From the human T2T-CHM13v2.0 reference genome, Homo sapiens: DNA of 64,000 bases. The notes below the pieces were generated by a model that saw only the letters and a program-made list of their open reading frames with translations, made no database searches and was not told where the DNA came from. Location: NCBI RefSeq assembly GCF_009914755.1, contig NC_060939.1, one strand, 5' to 3'. A program made the translations under genes and the position numbers. This document shows, piece by piece, positions 28,110 to 41,532 of this stretch (the first letter of the stretch is position 1; each line of letters opens with the position of its first letter).

Positions 28110-29496
28110 AAGACTTCAGAAGAAAAGATAAAGAAGTTGGTACTTTGTTTCTTTAGAAGTCTAGAGGAGAGGACAATTTTATAAAAATCTAGGCTAGGCA
28201 AGGAATTTCCATCTGCCCTGAAAACAGAAGAGACAATGAACTCAAGCTTGTCTACATGGAAAAATTATCCATCAGTTACAACTGCTTATCTTTAGGATAC
28301 ATTTAGGGAAGTGGTCATACAACTAAATTCACGATAGATTTTTATCTACTGGGGTTAGATCCGTATGCTTAATCCTGTATGAAGTTAAGTCAGGGAGCTA
28401 AATGACTGCTGCAAACTGCTTTGTCCAGCCCTAAGATTCAATGATTCCATTGGTGAGAGTCCATTCCTACTTAAAACATCCATCCTGGAGATGTGTGATT
28501 CTGAAAGTAAACTTTAAGATAAAGCATTACAGTTTGGATCTTCCCAAATGATCTCCTCTAAGTTGTTCTACACGCTTGAGCCTCTGATGGTCATGAATCA
28601 CTGCTAATCTCTTAGAAACATATTTCTCCAGATAACATCAGTTCCTCTCAGAATACAAAGAGGAGAGGATTGCATTTCTTTTATGCTTCTGCTGAGAAAA
28701 AATGTAGACATTTCCTTGAGACAGAAGAAGTTAAGATCACTTGGGGTTGATACCTGGCTCATAAACAGGCAGTTCTTTGTGTATAAACCCAACTGACCCA
28801 AAGCAGCATATGGCTTGTTCCTTGTAGTAATTGTGTGTTAAGACAAAACTTCCCATATTTTTCCTTTACTCACATTTGCTAGTCACCACTAAACTGAACA
28901 AAATCTATCTCCTTTGACAGAGTGGTAACTTATTCTTTGATGATAGTTTATAGTAATCTCTGAAAATATGATACATAATAATGCTAATACTATGAGAATA
29001 TTTATCCTGGGTGTTATTTAACTAGTTATGAAAGCACTTGAAGTTTTACAACAGCCAAATAAATTCTGTTATTATGCCATTTCAAGGACTGTGAAGTCCG
29101 TTCTAAGTAACAGCAGAAGGGGAGCCCCCCCTTCGTTTTTCCTGTTTATTTCTGCATTTAGATCTCTTGAAGAAAAAGCAATTCAGACAACCTAAAAACA
29201 AAAGGCAAGATGAGCACATTCTCGTTTCCTTTTGACCTTGTAGTTCTGATATGCAAGTAGCAAATTGTCACTTGAAAAATAAACCCTCACAACTACCAAC
29301 CCCCAACCTTTTATAAGGAAAAAAAAAAAAGCCCGAGGCAAACATACTCAATTATTCTAGGAAAAATTTAAAATATGTATGCAGCCATAGGGAATTCCAG
29401 TATTTGAGAGGAAATACACAGTTCCAACTGCAAGCTGCTGTTAGGGTTACTGTGCTCTGACCACTTAGGCTGAAAATGAAAGAGGCATTAATTAAG

Positions 29497-29632
29497 TAAT
29501 AACGATCAAGGTATGGGGCATTTCCTGGGGATTAATGACCAGCTGGGGGAGTTGATAGCCCACAGTGCAGCCAAGGGCCATTAACCCCAGCTGGTCATCA
29601 ATTCCTGGGCCCTGTGTTATAGTCATTATTGC
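29497..29632. repeat. Imperfect palindrome, possibly an ancient MITE-like or conserved repeat
   Basis: Perfect 14-bp arms atgaccagctgggg (29535-29548) and ccccagctggtcat (29585-29598), with imperfect inner and outer pairing. Confidence 0.7.
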
Positions 29633-31008
29633 TATCATAAGCCAAAAAATGAAAAGCAAATGGGTCTATGGATTACTTTTATGGATGATGCAGTTTCAAT
29701 TGGTATCTACAGGGCATTCCTGGAGAATGGATGCTCCATCCCTGAGCCAATCAGGTGCTTCGACATTCCATTCTACTTAGGCTGCTGCCTGGGAGGAATG
29801 GAGGGTGAATGAGGTAGGCAGCCAACGGTTGAAGAGTTTCAGGTCTCTGTTGACACTTGAGAGCTATCGAAACCATAAAGATCACATGGAGGAAGATTTG
29901 GGGAAAGAAAAGAGAATGTGCTATATAGTTAGGTGGGTGTGTTTTCCTGTGGATGCCCCAGTTTAGTGCCTTTTACTGTGAAGTGGAGAAAAATCATTGG
30001 ATGGTAATGAGCCTCCTAGAAGACAGAAAGTGCCAATTTGCAGGAGGAGAGAGGGAGATGAAAGGACGGTGTACTCTATTGAAAAAAAAAACAGACATTA
30101 AAAATAAGGAATACTGAGGGACTGTCAGCCTACAGTGATCAGGTTGGACAGTTAGAAATTAATTATATTTGGTTTAAGAAGCTGCTTCTGCAGCCTTGGT
30201 CAATTTTAAAAAGCACATTAGAAGATATCTCAAACTGACTTTCCAATTACCATGGATGACAGCAAAGTGCGTAGAAACAAAACTCATTTTAAATGGGTAA
30301 ATGCATTCAATGCTGACTGACAATACTTTCAAAATTCATAAATTTCGTCCCTGGTCAAGCTACGATGAAGGAGATTCTGAGGAGAGTTGACCTCTGCTAA
30401 AGAAGAACAATATTAATGGGAGCCCTCCCCCGTCAAATTAATAATCTCAAATGCAGTGGGACAGTGAATATCTATGCACACGTTGGAGGATGCTGGGAGC
30501 AAAGAAATATTAAATTGAAAAATGATTTTGTACCAGAATTTTAATTGTAGAAAAAAATGGATAGAAAACAATATCCAAATCCAGCTTTTCCTAGTACTTC
30601 ACAGTGACTTAGAGATGAGTTTTCTAACAGAGAGTTGGAAAAAGTGAAGAAATTGAGCTTCAGGTAGTTATTTCCTACTATAAACAAACCTTTGAAATCA
30701 GACTTTTTTGGTGGAGAGAAGCTATTTGTAAAACAAAACAAAGTACACTGTGTGTTTGTGTGTATACACACTCTCACAGAGTTAAAGCTGAGTTCAAGAC
30801 ACACTAATCAAAGTCAATGACAAAATAATAAATAGAACCTTAGTGTTTCTGTGGCTCAAGGGTAAATGTTAAAGCATATTTTATTAAATACAAATGGCAT
30901 CACTGGCATAAGTTTTTTCTGGTTGTGTTTTTATTACCACCATTTAAAAAAATCTGTGATGGGAAAATATTTAAGGGAAGGAAGGTGATTCATTTTGTCG
31001 ATGGACAT

Positions 31009-31439
31009 TGTCTTAGTTTATTGACTGTTGCTATAAAGGAATGCCCAAGGTTGGGTAATTTATAAAGAAAGAGATTTATTTGGCTTACAGTTTTGCAGAC
31101 TGTACAAGAAGCATGGCACAAACATCTGTATCTGGCGAGGGCTTCAGAGTGCTTCCACTCTTGGTGGAAAGTGAAGCAGAGCCCGCAGCTGCACAGATCA
31201 TATGGCAAGAGAAGAAGCAAGAGAGAGAGGGGAGGCGCCAGGGTCCTTATAACAACCAGCTCTAGGGCAACCTCTTGCAGGAACTAATAGATTAAGAACT
31301 TACCAACCTTCCCTCCTCCAGGGAGGCATCAATCTATTCATGAGAGATCTGCATCCATGACCAAAACACTTTCACCTCTAACACCGATGATCCAATTTCA
31401 ACATGAGATTTGGAGGGTCAAACAAACCAAACTCTAGCA
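31009..31439 (-). mobile_element. MSTB-like MaLR solo LTR
   Basis: tg...ca termini with perfect 5-bp TSD gacat (31004-31008 and 31440-31444); MST consensus motifs. Confidence 0.93.
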
Positions 31440-31719
31440 GACATCGTTTTAAACTCAGAGCATACGGTATAATCTGGATTCAGTTATGTTTCTCTGACTC
31501 CTCATTATGCAGGCAAGAATCAGCCTATGGGTGGCAATCCCTGAATGTTTCAACTTCTCCTCAATTCCTCTGGTATTATTCTTAAATGTTTCCTGATCAT
31601 TAAGATGGATAAGAGAAATTTAAAAAGTAATATGTTTGCATTCTCCACCTACGATCCAGTAGTATGAGAGATGTAAGCAAAACAAATCATGTTGAGTTAA
31701 TTATTTTTAACTTCATCTT

Positions 31720-32830
31720 TCATCACTTCCAAAACCTTGTCCGCTCTCAGGGTTTCAGATACACATCCAAGTGGATGACTTCCAAATCTCCATTTTCAGC
31801 TCTGATCTCTCACCCAAACTTTCATCTTGAATTTACAATAGGCTTTGAGACCTTTATAACTTATGGTCCTGCCAACTCCTGATATTCAATAGCCCCCAAG
31901 CAAGAATCAACACATTTCCACTCATCTCTCTCCTTTTTTCAAAAATCACACTCTGTTTCTGGAATCACATTTTCTGCATTAACTCAGGCTAAAGACCTTG
32001 AAATGATCTTTGATTCTACCTTTACATCAAACTCCATAACTGGAGTGTCACTGGGTTCTAACATGCTTTCATGTGCAGAGCATGGCACATTTTTCTTTAA
32101 GCTCCTTTCTTCATCTTATCCTCACTATCTCCATTGTCACCAGATGAGTGGAATGATGTAAACATGAGGGAGCTGGCTGAGGTGTCCTCTTCAACATTTC
32201 AATCAACAACTTAGACAAAACGTAAGAGTCACTATCAAATAGAAGTTAGAGAAAAGAAGTCTGAAAAGAGTAATAAATAATTTGCTTGATAGAATCAGGA
32301 ACCACAAAACACAGACTCCCCATACCCTTGCTTTGTAACCTGTTGATGGTTCTCCATTGCCTTCAGCCTAGAGTCCATGTTTCTCAGCCCGGAGCAGCAG
32401 TCTTTGTTTCTCGCCATTATGTTCCATGCACTCTGTGCTGTCCAACAATTTCTTCATGTGTCCTGCCTTTTCACAGCTTAAAACTTTCCTCAAGGGGCTC
32501 CATCACCTGGAAATAACCTCCTCCTCCATGTCTTCTTGATTCCAAAAAAATTACTACCCATCTTTCAAGGCCTAGCTTGAATGACATATTCTCTCTGTAG
32601 CGTTCCTCAATGCCCCCGATCCTCCAACCAGTGTAAAAATATGTCTTCCTCTTTGTTCCAAAGGCATTTTTTCATAAGCATTCCATCAGAGTGTATATCA
32701 TTTTGTGGTTTCTTTTATTTCTTTGTGTCCTTGAAGTTTGTGTGAGCTGTCTGATGGCAGGGTACTTTATCTGTAAATTCTTAGCACCCAGAGGGAGGAG
32801 GTGCACCCAATGGGTGCATCTTAACTCCAA
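31720..32830 (+). mobile_element. Degenerate L2 fragments, with a possible L3 piece at about 32160-32290
   Basis: gatgacttccaaatct...tctgatctctc; ttctccattgcc; tacccatctttcaaggcctagctt. Confidence 0.55.
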
Positions 32831-32899
32831 GGTTTGTTGCATTTTGTTAATTGGAGTAAGGGGCCAGCCCTAACTAGGTGAAACTGAACATAAAAAATA

Positions 32900-33225
32900 T
32901 TTTGTGTTCAATGATTCAAGCATAGAGTAGGCTATGTAGCTTACCAGCCATATAAATAAAGGTGATCTGGATGGTTTAGTTCAAAGTAACCACTCTGAAG
33001 TAATATAATTTTAGGTGGCACAAATAGGAGCAAATAAGGTATGTAACATATGGAATGTGATAATTCTGTGTCCTTCTGCACTAGTTTGGAAATACTTGCA
33101 ATATTGTATCCTATAAAATGTTGAGAACCGCATTTTAGAAGGAATCCACACAGAATGGAACGTTACATTTTTTTCAGAGCTGAACTACAAGCATGGTGAG
33201 AGAACCTTAAAAGAAAGCCCTATGA
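32900..33225 (+). mobile_element. L3/CR1 LINE fragment, continuing at about 33920-34080
   Basis: ccgcattttagaagga...catggtgagagaacctt...ccctatgagg and gtattcaagcataggttggac resemble the CR1/L3 3' region. Confidence 0.55.
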
Positions 33226-33555
<330 letters not shown>

Positions 33556-35024
33556 CTAGGAGGGCATTCAGAGGTAGACAAGAACACTGAGTTTGATGAT
33601 ATCGTTCTGAGTGTCCTCTTGAAACATGTGCTTTTTTTTTTTTTTTTAATTCCCTCACTATCCTTGTATTGTAGTTCACCTTTGAAAACATGTTCCATTC
33701 CATCTGGTTTTATTTTAAAATGTGGTTCGCACATTTTATAGGATACAATATTATAGGTATTTTCACACCAGTGCAGGGGAACATAGGACTATCCCCTCCG
33801 TTATTCGACACATCTTATTGACTCCTATTGATGACGCCTAAAATCGGATTCCCTTGAAATTTCTAAGATCTGAGTGGAATTAGCTTAGTTCTAAATGGCT
33901 TCAAGGATGAAATTAGCAAGGACATGTGTGAGCTTCAAGGAAGCAGATTTTTCTTTCATAGAGGAATAGTTTCTGATCATCAAAGTAGTACGTAGGCGGC
34001 ATGGTTCACCTCAAGAGGCAGTGACACTTGGGGTATTCAAGCATAGGTTGGACATATACTTGTCAGGAATAGTTTAGATTGGAGCAGTTAAATATTCTCA
34101 TAGAGGTATTTTTTTTGTTTGATTGACCCATTGATTACCATCAAGAATTAAAGAAAAAGCTTATTTATGTTTTATTATTTTATTGTCCTATAATTATTTG
34201 CTGCACATATTTATGTTTTTACCTGCCTGGACTTTGAAGACCTTTGATTTGCAAACTCTGGTTTGGAATATCTAATTGCAAGGCTTAAAACTTCACTTCC
34301 TCAAATTCTCCTCTCTATCTGCACAGTCTGGTGTCTTAAGATCTATTGTAGTTTTCCAGACCTGTGACATCTCTTCTTCTCCCATTCTGTGCCTTTAAAG
34401 TGATGTCATAAGGCCTATATTCTACAGGAACTCACCCTTATTTTGAGTCCCAAACCATTAGAGAATATTGTCCAAGGGGGGTCACCAATAAACAGCACTT
34501 TTCTCTCCCAGTGTGGAACTAAAGAATTTGAGGAATAAGACAAAGAAGAAAGACTACGTTGAAAGAACTGGCTTAGTATCAAAATAAATTGTGCTTTGTA
34601 ACTGGTGCTCCAAATCAGACAGGATTATTTACTTTATCTTAAGCAGTAAGACTTAGGGCATGTAGGTGCAGAGAACTTGAGCTTTCTTTAGTTATGAGTG
34701 CTCATAAGGAGAACAGAACAGAACTACACATGCCCAGTTACTTTTTCCAAACTAAACTCTACCTTCCCAGGGGCAGAGTAAAGACTGGGGTTACTTTGTT
34801 TTTGGAATTTTTATCATAAAAAGGAAACATGAAGAATGGGGCAAATATTTCCCATTAATTAATTTTTCTTATGATATGTGTAGGCCTAGTTTCTCCCTCT
34901 TAATAGAAAGATGTTTGAAAGCAGGCACTTACTGTATTTTTTCTTTGTATAACCTAATTTACTCAGCACTTAGTATAATAATAAATACTAAATGCCATCA
35001 CACACTATAAAAAACCACAAATGA

Positions 35025-35120
35025 GAAATCTGGAGACTTGAGTTATAGTTGTGGCTCTGTCATTGTGAAATCCTCATATCTTCAGACCTCAGTTTGTCAT
35101 CTGTGTAATGGGGGAACTGG
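35025..35120 (+). mobile_element. MIR fragment
   Basis: ggagacttgagtt...ggctctgtca...cctcagtttgtcatctgtgtaatggggg. Confidence 0.65.
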
Positions 35121-36282
35121 AAGAGACTCCCAAGAAATAGTTGTAGGCCTGACCTACAAATATAGTTGAAATAGAATACGTGAATAGATTACAGGAATCT
35201 ATTCTGATGTTAAAGTGGAATCAAGTATAGTTTATCACTGATCTTGCATAACTGATTGCCACAATTGTATTTAATATAAGTGAAAGAGACTGATTATCTA
35301 CATAAGCATATTATAATGACATAAATATCTTTCCTGCACAGTTAGTTCTCATGCACAGGTGCCCAGAGCTGCTTCCCAGGCTTCCTTTTCCTGGACAGGG
35401 TCATATATTCCATAATTATCTTTTTATATCCTATTTTGTCTTTAAAATATTAATGTCCTGATCTTGGCAAATTGTGCTAGAGAAGGACCTGGTAACCTAA
35501 TTTCACACAAAGGTGAGAGGTTCATATTAAGGTATTCATTTACAGCAGCATCTTAGGAAAGTGTTACACACTAGGTGGGGAGATATTTTTGACATGGAGT
35601 CTTTTTTCCAGCATCTCTCATGCCATATTACATAGGCATCTGTTCAGTCTATGCACACCCATAAAGCCGACTCAGCCTGTGTTTGAGAGGGATGATGATT
35701 GTGCATGTGCATGTTTGTATCATGCACCATAAAGGCAGGCTGACAGGGAGGTCCACAGCTAGCTGCTCCACATGCAGCTGGATTATCCTGTGAAATATCT
35801 TGAAGTATATAAATCCGCTTGGATTCCCAAGAGGTGGACTAGATAACTTAGTAGGTATTTTTGTCTGTCTCTATTTCCTGAGATCTTTTCTACAAAAAAC
35901 ATTTTTGGGTCTCACATGTTGGAACAATTATCCAAGAATATTTCATCCCTGAGAAAAATATAACCCTTGAGTTGCTGCCAAAGTCAGTGAGATCTATGGC
36001 AGCTTGCCTTCTGCACACAGACCTTGCACATTAACACTTTAGGGACTCCAGCCGAGAGCACGTTTCACTGTCTCCTACAGCTCACTGATGAATGAGGGAG
36101 ATTGACTAGGACCTCTAGGAAGCTGACCTAGGGCACCTGAGGAAATTTTTGTCATAAAGTATGTACTAAATGGCCCTTCTATTTTTAGAGTTGCCATTCA
36201 CATGCTGTAAACACTATTTCTTTTCACTTAACTGACAACTTGAATAAAACATTTGAAAGGCATTTTTCAAAGACAAAGAATA

Positions 36283-36706
36283 TTGTAACACAGACTACCC
36301 TCTCATCTCCTACCCATTTCCTCCACTTCCTGGACACAAAGCCAAACTCCATTTCCCAGCCTCCTTTGCAGCTAGATGAGGCTGTGAAACTGAGTTCTAG
36401 CCAATGGAATGTGATCAGAAATGACATAGCCCACTTCTGGGCTTCATCTATAAAATCTTCTCCACTTATTACCCTTCGTGTTATTTTCCCCTTCCAGTTA
36501 CCTGGGAGGGAGTCAACTCGCAGGGGAATAGTGGGAGTCACATGTTCAAGATAGTGGAGCATCTGATTAATCTCTTCAAGGAGATCTATCCAACTAGAAA
36601 CTCCCATATTGGACTGTTACGAGAACAAGAAAAAAGCTTTTGCAATGTTAAGCCACTGAACTAGGCAGGTTTAACTATTGAAATTGTTAGCATTGCCTTA
36701 ACTATA
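36283..36706 (+). mobile_element. MLT1I/J-like MaLR solo LTR
   Basis: catttcccagcctcctttgcagctag...gagttctagccaatggaatgtga...tgttaagccactga. Confidence 0.8.
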
Positions 36707-36989
36707 CCATTATGACTACATTAATTTTCTTTAAAGCCATTGTTTACACTAAATGTTTTTTAATTAGAACAACATGCTATTATGGCAGGTCAAATTATGT
36801 CTGATGGGAAATTACAGTTTTTGATTTGGGTTTTTTTTTTTTCTTCTACAGCTGGTTCATAATATCTCAACATTTTCTGATTCTGCCTCACCTCATCTAA
36901 GCTACTACTGATGCCCATTTGCTGTCTCCTTTTATTCTTTCCTCCTTTGTTTCCTCCTTTTAAAACACATTCTACTCCCTTTTAAAATT

Positions 36990-37910
36990 TGACACATTAA
37001 CTCATTTAAGTAGTATTTGCTGTGTTCCTATTATATGTCAGACATTTGCTCGGTACTGAGTTGATAGTGGTAAATGAAACAGCCTTGGCTCTGAGCTCCT
37101 CTCAGGTTTTGGTCTGGTGTGGGAGACAGATGATAAACAAGAAAACAGCAAGGAAAAAAACACAGATTTATAGTAGGAGATCATGATGACTACTAGGAAT
37201 GAAATGAATAGGGTCCTGGAATGGACAATAATAACAATGGACTACAGAGAACCCCTCTTACAAATCTTATCATAGCAGGTTGTGAGAGGGTGATGTTTCC
37301 ATTGTGAACCAAGAAAAGAAGAAAACTCAACCATGGAAAGGATAGGGGAAGAGCATTCCAGGTTGTGCAGTAGCACTGAGGCAGGAAACTATTTTGCAGG
37401 TTTGAAGAATTGGAAGGAGACCACTGTGACTACAGCTCTATGGATGATGAAGAGAACTGCACATAAAAGATGAAATTAGAGGATAGATGCAGTTGTTCAG
37501 GGATTCCAATCTCATGAGAAAAAGTTTCACTTATAATGGAAGTGCAATGAGAAGTCATTGTAACATTTTAAATAGGAAAGTAAAGTCATTCAATTAATGT
37601 TTTAAAAATATGCTAGCTTTTGTCTGGAAAATAGATGGTAGAAGCACAGGGTTGGAAGGATGATCAGGAAGGAGAGTTTCACATCTGTTTAGGTGCAACA
37701 TGATAGCAGTTTGGACTGGAGAGGAGGGAGTGGGCATTAAGAAACATGAATGTATTTGTGGGATAATTTTAAATGCCTGTGTGACATCTAAGCTGAGACG
37801 TGGAACTGGCAGTTAAATAGATACATAAGTCTGAAGCTCAGAGGAGCAGTCTGTGCTTTAAATATATATTTGGAAGTTGTGTCAGTGTATAGTATTTAAG
37901 CCATGGACCA
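36990..37910 (-). mobile_element. L2 LINE fragment
   Basis: cctattatatgtcagaca...ggggaagagcattccagg...ggcagttaaatagatacataagtctgaagctcagaggag. Confidence 0.8.
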
Positions 37911-38394
37911 GAGTAAAAGACCAAAGGCCTCTACTTAGTCTCACTGTGCCTTTTGAATTAAAGAGAAAAAAAAATCTTAGAGCAAGAAACAGGGAGCTAG
38001 AGTACCAATCGAACATGGTTATAAGGTGAACAGTTTACTAATCAATCCACAGCAATGTGAAATATATTTCAAGCTGATTCTCAGAAAAGGAGATGGGCTC
38101 CATCAAGCCATTTTTTCCCCTTTCAATTGCCATTGTAACTAAAAATGAAAAACTTTACAAAAGAAGAGTTGACCTTGAGGTTTAAACATTCATGCTGGTA
38201 GATTGCCTGGCTTTCCTTCCTCTACCCCAGGAACCTTAATATTTTAATCTCCAGATTACTTAAGTAATTCTGAGAGTTAAGTTTTTAAGACTAACTTTTG
38301 GACAAACCTATATGAACTAAGGATTGTTCTATGATAATCATTTTGGTTTATCTTTATATCTCAGCTTGTCAGTGACTGATTTTTTGAGTTTATT

Positions 38395-38700
38395 TTTATG
38401 TTTTTGAAGTCTTCATTGAAAGTACAAAAATCTACGTAGAAAAGTACACAAATCCCAAGTATACAGTTCAAGGAACTTTCCTCAAATGAACACACCCAAG
38501 TAACTAATATTGCAGACCACATGAATGAATTTTACATTGCAACCACCTTCTCTCAGTTCTATATCTTAGTCTCATGTTTTGTTTTTTCTTTCTCTTTCTT
38601 TCAACAGACATTTACTAGAGCTACTATTTGCCAGACCTTATTCTAAGCACTAGAATATATCAGTGTACAAGAATAAAAAAACTGCTACCCTTCTGGCACT
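38395..38700 (-). mobile_element. L1M 3' end fragment followed by an L2 3' end
   Basis: tagaaaagtacacaaatcccaagtatacagttca; tttcaacagacatttactagagctactatttgccagac. Confidence 0.6.
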
Positions 38701-39588
38701 CTCTATTAGTCATAATCAGATTCCTGAATTTTTATCCCTAGTTTTTCAGAGGCTAGATTGCTCAAGTGACCTCCTAGGTCCCCAGTAGCAGGATTTCCAC
38801 CCTCCTAAAGTCTAGTCCTAAGTAAGTGTTTAAAATCTACTTTCAGACCTCCTAGACTTTATCTGCACAGGTCTTGGCATATATCAGGTCTTCTAGTGTT
38901 CGTAGAATGAATGAATATGGGGTTTCTCCATCCATTCCCTAGTAGTCTAATCACCTCCTGTCCTGCACTCATTGAAGAGACAGATTGAATCCTGGACTCC
39001 AGTTACCTTCTGGCAATGTGTTTGCGACCCCCCCTTTCTGTTCTTCTTGAACTGGTATGATTTTAGAATGCTAGACTCATTTCCATGCCTTTGTGCTTTT
39101 GTGCAGCGGCCTATGTCCTCCACCTGGCAACTAGTCCAGAACTTCTCCTGTCTGGTCCATCCTACCATCTGATTTTGATGCTTGTAGAACTTCCCTCTAT
39201 GAGAAGGTGTCAGGCCCACTTCACTCAACTCAGTCTTTAGCCATCTCAATGTCCTGTATCTGCTGACCTCAGTAAGTCTGCTCAATATCCAATAACACTA
39301 CTATCAAAAGCAATTTCTACTAATGTAGACATAAAGGCACCTTTAGAGTGATTGGATCACGTAATCTCATTTTTAACCTCCTCTCTGCTCTTTGCTCTAA
39401 GGGAAGCCATAATGAGAAGGGAAATGGGATTGGATACTGAAGGAAGGAGGTAGGAATCAGGAAGCCACTTGGTGGGAAGCCTGAGCTGAACTTTGCAGGA
39501 CTTGGTCTATGCAGTGATTGAGTCAGCTCCACCTCCATGCCAGCCAAGAATGGTTCCTGAGTGAGACCTCTTCCTAGGTGATATTCTG

Positions 39589-39640
39589 CTTTAGTGCAAA
39601 GTCTTAGGTGTGTGGCTCCACCTAAGACTTTGCACTAAAG
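39589..39640. repeat. Perfect 22-bp inverted repeat with 8-nt loop
   Basis: ctttagtgcaaagtcttaggtg-tgtggctc-cacctaagactttgcactaaag. Confidence 0.97.
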
Positions 39641-40914
39641 TCCAAGATGGTTGGACTTAGACTAGCCTGAGACTCACCCTAGGAAGTGCTCTGAGATAAA
39701 GACATCCAGTGGAAGGAGTACGTTTAGCTAAAATGTGAACCAAACCCTCTCCTTTTTTAGGCAATTAAAGAGCTTCATTGCACGCTTGGAGACAGTGTTC
39801 ACACAGGCGATTCTTCTGCTATTAGAGAAGCAGATTGACTCCATTTTGATCATCCTGCCCTCGTCTGCTTGGCAAGTGCAGTGTGATGTCCATATGCTCT
39901 ATTGTTCCCGTCAGCAGGGCGCTAACGTTTCTTTTGCTGCTGCTCTCACTTCTGTGGGGGATGTTTTTTTAGCCCCCTTTTCAATGTTGCCAACACATAC
40001 ATATATATTTTTAAAACATAGCACTTATTCTGGAGCTGCAGAAGGTGTGAGAGCTGTGTCCCCTAGCCATGGGACTGCATTTTCATTCAAACTCTGCTTC
40101 CTGCCTTTAAATGCAGCATAGATTAGTTTTCCAAAGAGGTACAGATCACCAGTAAGTGGCAGTAGCCTGGCTTAAAGACAGGCTGCACTTACACTTCAGA
40201 GGCGACTGCCTGGAACTGGGAAAGGGTTGCAGCCAAACGGAATTTATTAGCGGGATCTATAGAATGTGTTTGAAGAGCTACAGTGGTGTGAGCCGGCAGG
40301 CACACAGGTTGGCCCACCATCACACAAAGTCAAACAGGCCAACTGCTCAGGGGATTCAGCCTGGCACGCCTTGTCAGCATTTCTTTATTTCTTCCTGCAG
40401 AGAAACGCAAATGGAACAAATTTTCAGTCCCAGGGACTTAGGCTTCTTGTGCATTTTTCCCTTTTCCTTTAGAGCTTCCTTCCATGTTCTCAGCCTCCAT
40501 TCTCTAGTTTTTCTTCCCCAGATGGTGTTAAGGAAGCAATTGCTTCTTTAGTGGTTCCAGCTGATTCCCTCCCTGCCAGTACCTGGATTTCCTGTGGTGC
40601 TGGACTTTTAGCTGGGGAAAATTTTCTCAGTTCTTCAAGTAGGGATTTTAAACTCCATATTCAATGAGAGGTCTGTGGAATTTGGCTTCTTTACAAGAAC
40701 TAATCAATGTAAAGTGTGGGCTATGCTGCACCTGATCCTGAGAAACCCCCGCAGGAGGGGGAAAGATCATTTATTCTTCTTGGGGGTAGGGAACATTCAA
40801 AACCCATTTCAGAATGTTGATTTAGTTCTTCCAGATGATCTTTGTGGAATGCTTGGCCTAGTAGGGATCCCCTAAACACCCTTGAAGACAGCACAATACA
40901 GTGGGAAGGGGATG

Positions 40915-41020
40915 GCCTTTGCAGCCAGACACATGTGGACTTAAATGCCAGCCCCATCTTTGCTGGCTGTGTGAAGTTGGGAGAGCCTGCCTCAGTTTCT
41001 CTCCCAGTAGATGGGGATAC
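40915..41020 (+). mobile_element. MIR SINE
   Basis: gcagccagacac...tgctggctgtgtgaagttgggagag...gcctcagtttctc...atggggata. Confidence 0.7.
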
Positions 41021-41532
41021 AGGCCCCAGATGGGTGGAAAAGGGGTGAGAGAACAATTGGCCATTGTTGTGATGGGTCTTCCTATGAGATGACATTTGTA
41101 GTTTTTCATACTTCTTAGTTTCTGTCATGAAGTCTCGCGATTTTGACAGCAGCAGAACAGACTTATAATTTGTTTTCACACAACTAATTTCATGCTAACT
41201 CAGTTCATGATCTATTTCATTTTTGACAGGAGTCCGAATTCTCTATCCTAGGACCTTGGACTGAGCTGCTGGGTGGGGCATGTTTTAAACTGTGTATATA
41301 GTGGAGATCAGAGAATTTCTCCTTCAATTCTCACCTCCCCCCTCTCTAACCTCTCAGTCCTCAGCGTTAGGATTAAATGAGGTAATGTTTGTAACACACC
41401 TGGGAATTAACTGGAACTATTTGATGCTCAGGTGACAGAACTGACTTATTATCTCAATTTCCATCCACAGCCTTATTTTTGAATACCAGACTCTCAAAAG
41501 CAGCCTAAACCTTCTCATTTCTGCAACAGGGA

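Noticed and set aside
33780-33855. CpG-containing stretch sharing ttattgactccta with my recollection of mitochondrial CYTB
   Set aside because: Only about 13 nt of match and the flanks do not align; insufficient for a NUMT call
35702-35713. Tandem RBFOX motifs TGCATGTGCATG
   Set aside because: No credible exon nearby, and it sits in TG/CA-rich sequence where the motif arises easily
39905-39925. CTCF-like motif (cagcagggcgcta), and a similar one at about 14015-14030
   Set aside because: Core spacing and 5' bases deviate from the consensus
39735-41179. Several 120-150-aa ORFs
   Set aside because: No domain similarity, and they overlap on both strands; expected by chance in GC-richer DNA
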